A DNA stretch of 64,000 bases from an uncultured Phycisphaeraceae bacterium (GTDB taxonomy: Bacteria; Planctomycetota; Phycisphaerae; Phycisphaerales; UBA1924). This document shows positions 19,242-28,742 of the stretch, piece by piece. A program made the translations under genes and the position numbers. The notes under the pieces are model-generated. The model worked only from the letters and a program-made list of their open reading frames with translations. It was not told where the DNA came from and ran no database searches. Where the stretch lies: assembly GCA_964451515.1 (NCBI GenBank), contig CAYVIJ010000001.1:212975-276974 (forward strand), in the 5' to 3' direction. Each line of letters starts with the position of its first letter. Position 1 is the first letter of the stretch.

Positions 19242-20203
19242 TGCGTCTGCCGGACTTCTTCATCGCGGGCGAGATGAAATGCGGCTCCACGACGCTCTGG
19301 GACATGCTCGCCTCCGATGGGCGCATCTTCTCGTCCCATGACAAGGAGCTGCACTTCTTCGCGAGCTACACCTATTTCGGCGGCTCGGGCCCCGACGCTC
19401 TGGGTGATCTGGACGCCTACGCCGCGCACTTCGCCGGAGCGAAGCCGGATCAGCTCTGCGGCGAAGCGACGCCGAATTACCTGTTCGATCTCAAAGCGCC
19501 GGAGCGCATCCGTCGTGTCGTCCCCGAGGCGCGCTTGATCATCATTCTGCGCGATCCCGTCGATCGCGCCTGGTCCCACTACTGGCACCAGGTCCGGCGC
19601 GGCTGGGACAAGCTCTCCTTCGAGAAGGCGCTGGAGGCGGAGCCCGGGCGGATCGAGACGGGCGATCTCCAGCAGCGCGACGCCTTCTCTTACCTGGCGC
19701 GGGGGCGGTATATCGAGAGCCTCGAGCGGCTGGAAGCGCAGTTCCCGCGCGAGCGGATTCTCATCCTGACCCTTGAGGAGCTGAAGACCGATCCGCTCCG
19801 CGAATTGGACCGCGTCTCGGTCCACCTCGGGCTGAGCCCGCCCATCGAGGCCCCGGGTCCGCCGCCACACCGCAACAAGGCGGACTTTCCCCGCTTCCCC
19901 GCCCTGGACCGCCTGATCCAGCGAGCCAAGCCGGCCGCTGCCGCCGCGGGGCCGCTGATCGAGGGTCTTGCCGCCGCCGCGGCCAAGGCGACGCGCCCCG
20001 TTCGCCGAAGAAGTGGCAGCGGATTGATGAAGCCCGCGACGCGCGACGCGCTGCGCGACGTCTTCGCCCGCTCCGACGCCGATCTCGCCGATCGGCTCGG
20101 CAGGCCCGTTCCCTGGCGTCGGATGGACGCCAAAGATCCGGAGAGGAGCACGACCGATGATCTCGATCGTTCTGGTGACCTGCAATCGAAGGCATCTGCT
20201 TGA
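19241..20203 (+). CDS. PAPS-dependent sulfotransferase
   Basis: The 5'-PSB motif is FFIAGEMKCGSTTL. The 3'-PB motif is IILRDPVDRAWSHY. Confidence 0.8.
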   Translation: MRLPDFFIAGEMKCGSTTLWDMLASDGRIFSSHDKELHFFASYTYFGGSGPDALGDLDAYAAHFAGAKPDQLCGEATPNYLFDLKAPERIRRVVPEARLIIILRDPVDRAWSHYWHQVRRGWDKLSFEKALEAEPGRIETGDLQQRDAFSYLARGRYIESLERLEAQFPRERILILTLEELKTDPLRELDRVSVHLGLSPPIEAPGPPPHRNKADFPRFPALDRLIQRAKPAAAAAGPLIEGLAAAAAKATRPVRRRSGSGLMKPATRDALRDVFARSDADLADRLGRPVPWRRMDAKDPERSTTDDLDRSGDLQSKASA

Positions 20204-20954
20204 GGCGTGCCTGAAGAACGTGCTCGGACGGCTCTCGGAGGAGACCGGCCAGATCGTCATCTGGAACAACGCCTCCGTCGACGGCACGCGCGAGCTCCTC
20301 GACGCCTTCGACGATCCCCGCGCACAAGTCATTCACAGCGAGGAGAACCTGGGCACGAACGCCTTCGCCCGCGCCTTCAAGCTCGCGCGGGGCGAGCACC
20401 TGATCGAACTCGATGACGACATCATCGACGCCCCGGAGAACTGGGACCGAATCATGCGCGAGGCGTTCGACGCTCTCCCGGGCTTCGGTTTCCTCGCCGC
20501 CGCCTGCGTTGACGACGGCAAGAGCGTCGCGTCTGAGATCATGTATCGCCGCGATGCGCACAAGTACACGCCGCAGACCATCAATGGCGTCAACATTCTC
20601 GACGGACCCACAGGCGGCTGGTGCTCCATCACTTCTCGCGAGGCGTACGAGAAGGCGGGCGGCTTCGTCGAAAACGAGAAATTCATCTTCTGGCAGGAGG
20701 ATGGCGCCTTTGTGAAGGCGCTCGCCGACGCGGGATACCGCTCCGCTGTTCTCGCCGATCTCAAGGTCTTCCATGCCTCCGGCCCCGCGTACTCTTCCCA
20801 CGAGTCCTTCGAGCAGGCGAAGGCCCGCTACTACCGGTGGCGCGACGCCAATCGCAACCGCCGAAAAGCCGTGAAATCCGCGCTGGAGCGCATCCCGGGC
20901 GTGCGGCGCCTGAACCAGAAGCATGGCTGGTGGGTCTCTGCCGCGGAAGCGTGA
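20157..20954 (+). CDS. Glycosyltransferase family 2
   Basis: The N-terminus is ISIVLVTCNRRHLLEACL. LDDD and a DxD region are present. It overlaps the upstream stop. Confidence 0.8.
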   Translation: MISIVLVTCNRRHLLEACLKNVLGRLSEETGQIVIWNNASVDGTRELLDAFDDPRAQVIHSEENLGTNAFARAFKLARGEHLIELDDDIIDAPENWDRIMREAFDALPGFGFLAAACVDDGKSVASEIMYRRDAHKYTPQTINGVNILDGPTGGWCSITSREAYEKAGGFVENEKFIFWQEDGAFVKALADAGYRSAVLADLKVFHASGPAYSSHESFEQAKARYYRWRDANRNRRKAVKSALERIPGVRRLNQKHGWWVSAAEA

Positions 20955-22320
20955 GCCCTTCATCGCGGGGTGGACCGACGTGACTCGACGCGCGCTCATC
21001 ATCGCCTTCTTCTTCCCGCCCGACGGCGGAGGCGGCAGCCAGCGCTGGGCGAAGTTCTGCAAGCGGCTGCCGGCTCTCGGGTGGCAGCCCACGGTGCTCA
21101 CGCGTGCGCAGCCCGCTTCCCGAACCCAGTGGGACCCGGAGGACGAGACCCTCCTCGAGGATGTCGCCGCCGCCCGGATCCACCGCCTGGAGCCCGCGCC
21201 GGCGGCGGCGGAAGTCAATCTAAAGCTCAGCGGCGATGTCGATCCCGCGTGGCTCCGCCAAACGCTGGCGGAGGCCGGGCGTCTGTGCGCCGAAGAGACG
21301 TTCGATGTCATCGTACTCACGGCCCCCCCGTACGATCTTGCGCGTCTGGCGCCGGTTCTTGCGGAGCAGATCAGGATTCCAGTCGTGCTCGATCTCCGGG
21401 ATCCGTGGGCCTTTGATGGCGGCCGCCTCTTCTCGAGCGCCGCCGCCTGGCGGCGCGAGCGCGACGTCATGATCCGCGCTCTGGAGCGATGCGAGGGCGT
21501 CATCTTCAACACACCCGAAGCCCGCGCCGCCATCGAACGCGGGATCGGCGCGCGGGCTCGACGAGCGGTCGTCATCCCCAATGGCTACGACGTCGACGAC
21601 TTCACCGGGCTCGAGCCCGCGCCCCGAAGCGACGACGCATTTCGGATCGCGCATCTGGGAACGCTGCACTCCCGAGCGCTGTATGAGCGCCGCGGACCGG
21701 CGGGATTCGTGCGCAGGATTCGCCGCCACCGTCCCCAGCGAGTCGCCCCGGCCGGACGCACGCTTCGCCCGCTGCTGAAGGCGATCCACGCGCTGCGGCG
21801 CGAGGGCGACCCACTCGGAGAGCGGGTTCGTGTACGGGTCCTCGGGCCGGTCGACGAGGCGACGGAGCGGTGCGTCCGCGATTCGCCCACGCCTGATGCG
21901 GTCGAGCTGATCGGTTATCTGCCCCACGCTGAGGCCCTTCGTGAAGCCGCCTCGGCCGACGCGCTCTTCCTGCCGCTCTACGGACTGCCCGCGGGCGAGC
22001 GCGCGCGGATCGTTCCCGGGAAGACCTATGAGTACCTGGCGCTAGGTCGGCCGATCCTCGCCTGCGTTCCGCCCGGCGACGCTCGGGAGCTGGTCGAGCG
22101 CACAGGGCGTGCGGCCTGCGCCGATCCCTGCGATCCACACGGGATCGCCCAGGCGATCCGAAGACTCCAGACGATGGAGGCGCCGCCGCCGGGGTGGCCT
22201 CCGGAGTGGATAAGCCGCTTCGAGCGGGGGGCGTTGACGCGCGAGCTGTCGGAGTTTCTCACGATGGTCGCCTCGGGTTCGCAAGCGCGTGAACGCAGCG
22301 AGAGGCTGGGGGCGGCATGA
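20923..22320 (+). CDS. GT-B glycosyltransferase (GT4-like); the start may instead be GTG 20980
   Basis: The C-terminal Glycos_transf_1 motif is FLPLYGLPAGERARIVPGKTYEYLALGRPILAC. Confidence 0.7.
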   Translation: MAGGSLPRKREPFIAGWTDVTRRALIIAFFFPPDGGGGSQRWAKFCKRLPALGWQPTVLTRAQPASRTQWDPEDETLLEDVAAARIHRLEPAPAAAEVNLKLSGDVDPAWLRQTLAEAGRLCAEETFDVIVLTAPPYDLARLAPVLAEQIRIPVVLDLRDPWAFDGGRLFSSAAAWRRERDVMIRALERCEGVIFNTPEARAAIERGIGARARRAVVIPNGYDVDDFTGLEPAPRSDDAFRIAHLGTLHSRALYERRGPAGFVRRIRRHRPQRVAPAGRTLRPLLKAIHALRREGDPLGERVRVRVLGPVDEATERCVRDSPTPDAVELIGYLPHAEALREAASADALFLPLYGLPAGERARIVPGKTYEYLALGRPILACVPPGDARELVERTGRAACADPCDPHGIAQAIRRLQTMEAPPPGWPPEWISRFERGALTRELSEFLTMVASGSQARERSERLGAA

Positions 22321-23663
22321 CCCAGGATCAAACGCTGCTTCATCCGCTGGGTCTCGTCTTCTTCGCGATCCTCGCCATCGCGACGCTGCTCGCTCCGCGG
22401 CGCTACGCGCTGCTCCCGATGCTGCTGATGGCGTGCTTTATCTCTCCCGCGCAGAAGCTCGCAATCGGCGGGCTCGACTTCAACATGCTCCGGCTTCTGG
22501 TGATCGTGGGCTGGACCCGCCTGCTGATGCGCCATGAGTTGCGCCCCATTCGCTGGACGGCGATCGACTTGCTTGTGATCAGCGTGCCCGTCGTCAGCGC
22601 GGTCGCCTACATCTCGCTCTGGCAGTCGAGCCAGGCGGCGATCTTCCAGTCAGGACAGCTCTTCGATGCGGTGGGCATGTATTTTCTCTTCCGCCATCTC
22701 CTCGCCTCTCTGGCGGATGTGCGCGCGCTGGCGACCTCGTTCGTCATCGTCAGCGTTCCATTTGCGGCGGTCGTCTCCGTGGAGCTGTTCACCGGACGGA
22801 ACATGTTCAGCGTCTTCGGCGGCGTCCCGGAGATGACGCTCGTTCGCGGCGGGCGGCGGCGCTGCCAGGGCGCGTTCCCGCATGCGATCATGATGGGCTC
22901 GTTCTGGGCGATCGCCCTGCCGCTAATGGCGAGCCTCTGGTGGTGGGACAAGCGGAAACTGGCCATGGTCGGGGTTCTGGCGGGGCTCTTCTGCGTCTTC
23001 GCGAGCGCCTCGAGCACGCCCGCGATGGGCGTGATCTTCGCCGCGTTCGCCGCCGGATTCTTCCCGTTTCGCCATCGCCTTCGGGCGATCCGCTGGGGGT
23101 TCGCCGCGTCGCTGATCCTTCTGCATTTCGTGATGAAAGGGCCGGTGTGGTCGCTGCTCGCCAAGGCGAACCTCTTCAGCGGCTCGACCGGATGGCATCG
23201 CTTCCATCTTCTCGACAAGGGGATCCGCAACGTTTCCGAATGGGCGCTCAACGGCACGCAGTCCACCGCCCACTGGGGCTACGGTCTCAGCGACGTCACG
23301 AATCAATATCTCGCCGTCGGCGTCGAGGGCGGGATCGTCGCCCTCGCTCTGTTCATCGCGCTGCTCGCCTTCTGCTACCGCGCCGCAGGGATGGCGATGA
23401 AGGCGTGGGAGCCGTCGCGTCCCGCGCTCATCACCGCATACTGCCTGGGCGTGATTCTCTTCACGCACACGATGATGTTCTTCGCCGTGTCCTATTTCGG
23501 ACAGATGATTATGCTCTGGACGCTCACCGTGGCTCTCTCCGCCACATTCCAGAATCTCGCGACCCAGAGCGTGGCCGCGCGCGCGCCCCGTCGCCGCCGC
23601 GCGGCGGCAGTGCGCGCGAGGCGAGCCGCCGGATCGCGGGCTCTGCCGGGGGCGACGGCGTGA
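22317..23663 (+). CDS. wzy: O-antigen ligase/Wzy-like polysaccharide polymerase
   Basis: The body has about 11 TM helices. A periplasmic loop carries HWGYGLSDVTNQYLAVGVEGGIVALALF, which is Wzy_C-like. Confidence 0.7.
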   Translation: MTQDQTLLHPLGLVFFAILAIATLLAPRRYALLPMLLMACFISPAQKLAIGGLDFNMLRLLVIVGWTRLLMRHELRPIRWTAIDLLVISVPVVSAVAYISLWQSSQAAIFQSGQLFDAVGMYFLFRHLLASLADVRALATSFVIVSVPFAAVVSVELFTGRNMFSVFGGVPEMTLVRGGRRRCQGAFPHAIMMGSFWAIALPLMASLWWWDKRKLAMVGVLAGLFCVFASASSTPAMGVIFAAFAAGFFPFRHRLRAIRWGFAASLILLHFVMKGPVWSLLAKANLFSGSTGWHRFHLLDKGIRNVSEWALNGTQSTAHWGYGLSDVTNQYLAVGVEGGIVALALFIALLAFCYRAAGMAMKAWEPSRPALITAYCLGVILFTHTMMFFAVSYFGQMIMLWTLTVALSATFQNLATQSVAARAPRRRRAAAVRARRAAGSRALPGATA

Positions 23664-23671
23664 TCGGAGCG

Positions 23672-24526
23672 ATGCGCGTTCGCGTCAAGCAGTGGCGGCG
23701 CGAGGGGCGGCTCCCGTGGCTTGTCGGCGCCTCCGAAAGCCTCTACCGCTTCGGACGCGATCTCCGCGACATCCCAACCAGAGCTTCGCTGCTCAAGCGC
23801 CTGCGGGAATCGCTCCCCGAACGCGCGCCGGAGCGCATCGTCGATCTGGCGTTGAATGGGTTCGACGGGCGCTTCCGCCCCATTCAGATCCGCAGCGAAC
23901 TGCTCGCGCTGGCGCAGCGCATCGAGCGGCTTCGTCCGCGCCGAGCGCTTGAAATCGGAACCGCGCGGGGCGGCTCGCTCTTCGTCCTGTGTCGGCTCGC
24001 CGCGGAGGACGCGCACGTCGTCAGCGTCGATCTGCCGGGCGGCTGGTTCGGAGGCGGCTATCACGCTTGGCGCGCGCCGCTCTACCGCGCCTTTGCGCGT
24101 CCCGGGCAGCGGCTTGACCTCCTGCGGGTGGACTCGCACGCGCCCGAGACGCTCGAGCGTATCCACTCCCTCTTCCTGGGGGCGCCCCTCGATTACCTCC
24201 TCATCGACGGCGACCACACCTACGAGGGCGTGAAGCGCGACTTCGATCTCTACGCGCCGCTCGTCCGCCCAGGCGGCCTCGTCGTGCTGCACGACATCGT
24301 TCCCCAGCCCCATGAGCCATCGTGCCGGGTTCCGGATTTCTGGCGCGAGCTGCGCGAGCGCCCTGGGGCGGAGGAGATCGTGGAGAGCTGGGAGCAAGTG
24401 GGCTGCGGGCTGGGGCTGCTCACGCCTGCGTCGCCCGCCGGGAGGCGCCGCCAGGGCGCAGGCGACGGCGTGCCGCCCGTCCCAGGTCGTACACCAAATC
24501 CCGACCGGCGCGAACCGGGGTCTTGA
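23672..24526 (+). CDS. Class I SAM-dependent O-methyltransferase (Methyltransf_24/TylF-CmcI-like)
   Basis: The start was trimmed to ATG 23672, just after the wzy stop. Motifs are EIGTARGGSLF and LIDGDHTYEGVKRDFDLYAPLVRPGGLVVLHD. Confidence 0.7.
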   Translation: MRVRVKQWRREGRLPWLVGASESLYRFGRDLRDIPTRASLLKRLRESLPERAPERIVDLALNGFDGRFRPIQIRSELLALAQRIERLRPRRALEIGTARGGSLFVLCRLAAEDAHVVSVDLPGGWFGGGYHAWRAPLYRAFARPGQRLDLLRVDSHAPETLERIHSLFLGAPLDYLLIDGDHTYEGVKRDFDLYAPLVRPGGLVVLHDIVPQPHEPSCRVPDFWRELRERPGAEEIVESWEQVGCGLGLLTPASPAGRRRQGAGDGVPPVPGRTPNPDRREPGS

Positions 24527-25319
24527 GGAGCACGTCGTATAGGAAGGGCGCCGCGGATTCGCGCTCCGGAACGACCGACGGATCGATCTCGAAGTGCTCC
24601 AGCGCCGCCCCGGCGCGGAGCCGTCTTCCGCGCACTCGGTTCAGGACATTGGCGCCGTGGATCACCTGCAACCAGCCCGGCGGATCGCCCAGCCCGATCA
24701 CGGGGGCGAACTGTCTGATCTCCATGTGCTGCACCGCCCATGCCGTTTGGATCTCCTCCACTCGATCCGGAGTCGGCTCCACCATCGACACGAAAGCATT
24801 GCTCCGATGCGTCGCGCGATACAGCCGCCCCTGCCGCCACGTGCAGCCGATGTTGAAGTTGACGAAGGCGAGCGTTTCGTTCTTCAGGGCCTGTTGCGCG
24901 CGCTCGACGTATGTGCGCGCCAGCGCGTCGTCATTGTCCAGTCGCGTCGTGATCAGCCGCCTCGACCCGTCGACGAACCGCCAGAGCGGCGGTTTCCACA
25001 CAGCGGGATCAAAACGATCGATGAAGATCGGGTGAACTCGATCGTGCTCCGACAGGGCTTCTGCGCGCGCTCGGTACGGATCGGGAGTGTCGCTGTCGAA
25101 GAAGATCGCCCAGTCGAAGTCGCGAACACTCTGACTCAGGATCGAGGGCAGGCAGAACTGCTCGAAGAGTCCGAAACGGTGCTCCAGCCACTCCGTGTCC
25201 TGCGCCGCCGTCGCCCACGCCGCGTCGACTCGGACGTTGAACCGCGTCAAAATGATGTGACTCGTCTCGCCCATCCGCGGCCTCACTATCGGCGCTCGAT
25301 CCGGCGTTCGTTCAGTCAT
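24420..25319 (-). CDS. Putative glycosyltransferase (rhamnosyltransferase-like, LTRFN motif family), antisense to the operon
   Basis: The N-terminus is SHIILTRFNVRV. The composition is diverse. The family assignment is tentative. Confidence 0.4.
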   Translation of the reverse strand: MTERTPDRAPIVRPRMGETSHIILTRFNVRVDAAWATAAQDTEWLEHRFGLFEQFCLPSILSQSVRDFDWAIFFDSDTPDPYRARAEALSEHDRVHPIFIDRFDPAVWKPPLWRFVDGSRRLITTRLDNDDALARTYVERAQQALKNETLAFVNFNIGCTWRQGRLYRATHRSNAFVSMVEPTPDRVEEIQTAWAVQHMEIRQFAPVIGLGDPPGWLQVIHGANVLNRVRGRRLRAGAALEHFEIDPSVVPERESAAPFLYDVLLKTPVRAGRDLVYDLGRAARRRLRPGGASRRATQA

Positions 25320-25363
25320 CCACCCCGCACGGGAGGACCGATGAAGCCGGGGGAGTCCGCGCC

Positions 25364-26365
25364 GTGAATGTCTCGATCCTCATTATCTCGTTCAACACGC
25401 GGGAGTTGACAACCGCCTGCGTGCGCTCGGTGCTGGAGCATACGAGCGGCGTGGACTTTGAGATCATCGTCGTCGATAACGCCTCCACAGACGGCTCCGC
25501 GGACGCGATCGAGCAGATCGCCCGAGCCGAGGAGCGCCTCGCCGTCATCCGCCTGTCCGAGAACATCGGGTTCGCTCCCGCCAACAACGTCGCCGCCCGC
25601 GCCGCCCGGGGCGATCGCCTGCTGCTTCTCAATCCTGACACGCTGCTTCAATCGGACGCCGTCTCGGCGCTCGTCCGTTTCGCGGACGAGCGCCCCGAAA
25701 ACGGGATCTGGGGCGGCCGCACCCTTTTTGAGGATGGGAGTCTCAATCCAACGTCCTGCTGGGCGCGATCGACGCCCTGGTCCATGTTCAGTCGCGGCGT
25801 GGGTCTGGCCGCGCTCTTCCGCGGCGTCTCCTTTTTCAATCCCGAGCCGATGCCCGGCTGGCGTCGCAACACCGTTCGGGAAGTCGACATCGTGACCGGC
25901 TGCTTCCTTCTCATCGATCGATCGCTCTGGGACCGTCTCGGCGGCTTCGATGAGCGATTCTTCCTCTTCGGCGAAGAAGTGGATCTCTGCGTGCGCGCCC
26001 GCGCGCTGGGAGCGCGTCCGCTCTTCACGCCAAGCGCCGAGATCATCCACTATGGCGGCCGATCCAGCGCCGGATCGGTGGAACAGACGATCCGTCAGTT
26101 CCGCGCCAAGAACCAGCTCTTCCGCAAGCGCTGGCGCCCGGCGGCGGCGTGGTTCGCGGGCGCGATGATCGACGCCTGGGCCTTTCGCCGCATGGCGCTG
26201 GGGCGGTTGATCAAGGCGCTGGGCTTGTCCGACCCCCGCGCGGACGATTGGATCGAGCTCTGGCGGAGTCGTCGCGAGTGGCGGGCGGCTCTTCCGCCGC
26301 CGGAGAGGACGCCGTCGCGGACGGTCGAGTCTCGGACGATGGAGGCGACTCATGTCGAAGCCTGA
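25364..26365 (+). CDS. Glycosyltransferase family 2
   Basis: The N-terminus is VSILIISFNTRELTTACVRSVLEH. VVDNASTDGS and a DxD region are present. Confidence 0.8.
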   Translation: MNVSILIISFNTRELTTACVRSVLEHTSGVDFEIIVVDNASTDGSADAIEQIARAEERLAVIRLSENIGFAPANNVAARAARGDRLLLLNPDTLLQSDAVSALVRFADERPENGIWGGRTLFEDGSLNPTSCWARSTPWSMFSRGVGLAALFRGVSFFNPEPMPGWRRNTVREVDIVTGCFLLIDRSLWDRLGGFDERFFLFGEEVDLCVRARALGARPLFTPSAEIIHYGGRSSAGSVEQTIRQFRAKNQLFRKRWRPAAAWFAGAMIDAWAFRRMALGRLIKALGLSDPRADDWIELWRSRREWRAALPPPERTPSRTVESRTMEATHVEA

Positions 26366-26810
26366 AAAGCCCCGTGTCCTCGCGGTCGCCTCCGGCGGCG
26401 GGCACTTCGTCCAACTCATGCGTCTGCGCGCGGCTTTCGAGGGCTGCGATCTCGCCGTCGTCACCGTCAACGAGTCCTACCAACCCGAGGCGCGCGCTGA
26501 TCGCTTCTACGTCGTCCGCGACGCCACACGCTGGGACAAGCTGGGGCTGCTCGTCATGGCTGCGCAGCTTCTGCGCATCCTCGTCAAGGAGCGTCCGGAC
26601 GTCGTGATCTCGACCGGGGCGGCCCCGGGGTACTTCGCGATCCGCTTCGCCAGGCTTTTCAGGGCCCGCACAATCTGGCTCGACAGCGTCGCCAATGTCG
26701 AGAGAGTCTCACTCTCCGGGGAGCGCATCGCGCGTCACGCGGACCTGACGCTTACGCAGTGGCCCGAGCTCGCCGAGGGCCGCATCCGTTATCTGGGAGC
26801 GACCGTGTGA
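26352..26810 (+). CDS. Alg14-like glycosyltransferase membrane-anchor subunit (PssD-like)
   Basis: LAVASGGGHFVQLMRL and VISTGAAPGY are Alg14 motifs. A GGAGG RBS is upstream. Confidence 0.75.
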   Translation: MSKPEKPRVLAVASGGGHFVQLMRLRAAFEGCDLAVVTVNESYQPEARADRFYVVRDATRWDKLGLLVMAAQLLRILVKERPDVVISTGAAPGYFAIRFARLFRARTIWLDSVANVERVSLSGERIARHADLTLTQWPELAEGRIRYLGATV

Positions 26811-27388
26811 TCTTCGTGACCGTTGGATCGCAGATGCCCTTCGACCGGCTCGTTCGAGCCGTGGACGAGTGGGCCGCGGCGCGGGGGCGGAGCGACGTCT
26901 TCGCCCAGATCGGGCCGACCGACTGGCGGCCCGCCCATATCGCTTGGGAGACGTTCATCGAGCCGGCGGAGTTTAGGCGCAGGATGGAGACCGCCGATGT
27001 GATCGTCGCCCATGCGGGCATGGGATCGATCCTCACCGCCCTCGAGCTTGGAAAGCCCATCCTCGTCATGCCGCGACAAGGCGCCCTGCGCGAAACACGC
27101 AACGACCACCAGCTGGCGACCGCCCTGAAATGGCGCGATCGCATCGCCGTCGCCACGGACGAGCGGGAGCTCGCCGTCCGACTCGACGCCCTCGCCGAGC
27201 TTCGCCCCAGCGAGCGCATCTCCAGCGGCGCCTCTCCCGAGCTTATCGAGGCGATACGGTCCTTCATATTCAAGGCGCGAGCGCGTGAGCCGCTCGCCGA
27301 AGAGCGAGAGAGAGAACCCAGCCAGCAACCTGCGGCGGTCGGCGACAGCGCTCGATCCGCCGCTGCGCTCGGAGAACATTCATCGTGA
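26807..27388 (+). CDS. Alg13-like glycosyltransferase catalytic subunit (PssE-like, Glyco_tran_28_C)
   Basis: The GTG start overlaps the Alg14 stop (GTGA). The N-terminus is IFVTVGSQMPFDRLV, and AHAGMGSILTALELGKPILVMPR follows. Confidence 0.7.
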   Translation: MIFVTVGSQMPFDRLVRAVDEWAAARGRSDVFAQIGPTDWRPAHIAWETFIEPAEFRRRMETADVIVAHAGMGSILTALELGKPILVMPRQGALRETRNDHQLATALKWRDRIAVATDERELAVRLDALAELRPSERISSGASPELIEAIRSFIFKARAREPLAEEREREPSQQPAAVGDSARSAAALGEHSS

Positions 27389-28725
27389 GTCATTACGAGC
27401 GTTTGAAGAGTCGACTCCAGTCGGGAGACGCCAAGGTCGGAATCATCGGCCTCGGCTACGTGGGCCTCCCTCTGGCGCATGCGCTCCATTCAGGCGGGCT
27501 GCCCGTGCTCGGATTCGACATCGATCCCGCCAAGATCGAGGCGCTCGACACCGGGCGCTCCTACCTCCGCCACCTGGGCCCCGAGGTCTTCGCCGATCTC
27601 GCCGAGAGCGATCGCTTCTCGGCAACGACCGACTTCGCCCGGCTCGGCGAGTGCGACGTCGTGATCGTCTGCGTGCCCACGCCGCTCGGAAAGCACCGGG
27701 AGCCGGATCTCTCCTACGTCGTCCGCAGCGGCGAGGACATCGGCCGCACGCTCCGCGAGGGGCAGCTCATCTGCCTCGAGTCGACGACCTACCCCGGCAC
27801 AACGCGCGAGGAGTTCCTGGGCGCCATCCTGAGCACGGCCCCTTCCGGCGAACCGTTCGAGTCGGGCAGGAACATCTTCGTCGCCTTCAGTCCTGAGCGC
27901 GAGGATCCGGGCAACAAGTCGCACTCGACCCGCTCGATTCCCAAGCTTGTCGGCGGGCTCGATCCGGAGTCCACGGATCTCGCCGCAATCATGTACGAGA
28001 AGGGCGTCGCGGAGGTGGTTCGCGTCGAGTCGGCAGAGGTCGCCGAGGCCGCCAAGCTGCTGGAGAACATCTTCCGCGCCGTCAACATCGCGCTCGTCAA
28101 CGAGATGAAGGTCGTCCTCGCGGAGATGGGCGTCGACATCTGGAGTGTCGTCCGCGCCGCCGCGACCAAGCCTTTTGGCTTCATGCCCTTCTGGCCCGGC
28201 CCGGGGCTGGGCGGCCACTGCATCCCGATCGATCCGTTCTATCTGTCGTGGAAGGCGCGGGCGATTGGGCGCGCTACGCACTTCATCGAGCTCGCCGGCG
28301 AAGTGAACACATCCATGCCGCGCTACGTCATCGAGCGCCTGATGCACGCTCTCAACGCGCATGGAAAATCAGTGAAAGGATCGCGCATTCTCGTCATGGG
28401 GCTCGCCTACAAGCCCGACGTCGACGATACGCGGGAGTCCCCCTCCTTCGAGCTCATCGAGATGCTCCGCCAGCGCGGCGCCGAGGTGGACTACTCCGAT
28501 CCCCACATTCCGAAGACGGTTCCTGTCCGAAAGCACGATCTTGGCATGACAAGCGTCGATCTCACGCCCGAGACGATGAGTGGGTACGACGCGGTGCTCA
28601 TCGCCACGAACCACCAGGCTTTCGACTATGAAAGCGTTGCGCGTCACGCCCGTCTTGTCATCGACACGCGCGACGCCATGCGCGAGCACGCCGCCGACAT
28701 GGGATCGCGGCTGGTCAAGGCCTGA
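27385..28725 (+). CDS. UDP-sugar 6-dehydrogenase (UDP-GlcNAc/UDP-ManNAc dehydrogenase-like, TviB/WecC family)
   Basis: The Rossmann motif is VGIIGLGYVGLPLA. The catalytic Cys is in GPGLGGHCIPID. The C-terminal UDP-binding domain is present. Confidence 0.85.
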   Translation: MSHYERLKSRLQSGDAKVGIIGLGYVGLPLAHALHSGGLPVLGFDIDPAKIEALDTGRSYLRHLGPEVFADLAESDRFSATTDFARLGECDVVIVCVPTPLGKHREPDLSYVVRSGEDIGRTLREGQLICLESTTYPGTTREEFLGAILSTAPSGEPFESGRNIFVAFSPEREDPGNKSHSTRSIPKLVGGLDPESTDLAAIMYEKGVAEVVRVESAEVAEAAKLLENIFRAVNIALVNEMKVVLAEMGVDIWSVVRAAATKPFGFMPFWPGPGLGGHCIPIDPFYLSWKARAIGRATHFIELAGEVNTSMPRYVIERLMHALNAHGKSVKGSRILVMGLAYKPDVDDTRESPSFELIEMLRQRGAEVDYSDPHIPKTVPVRKHDLGMTSVDLTPETMSGYDAVLIATNHQAFDYESVARHARLVIDTRDAMREHAADMGSRLVKA

Positions 28726-28742
28726 GTCGGAGAAAGAGCTGC

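Noticed and set aside
22940-23671. N-terminal 244 codons of the 528-aa plus-strand ORF
   Set aside because: They overlap wzy in another frame. The real methyltransferase begins at ATG 23672, directly after the wzy stop.
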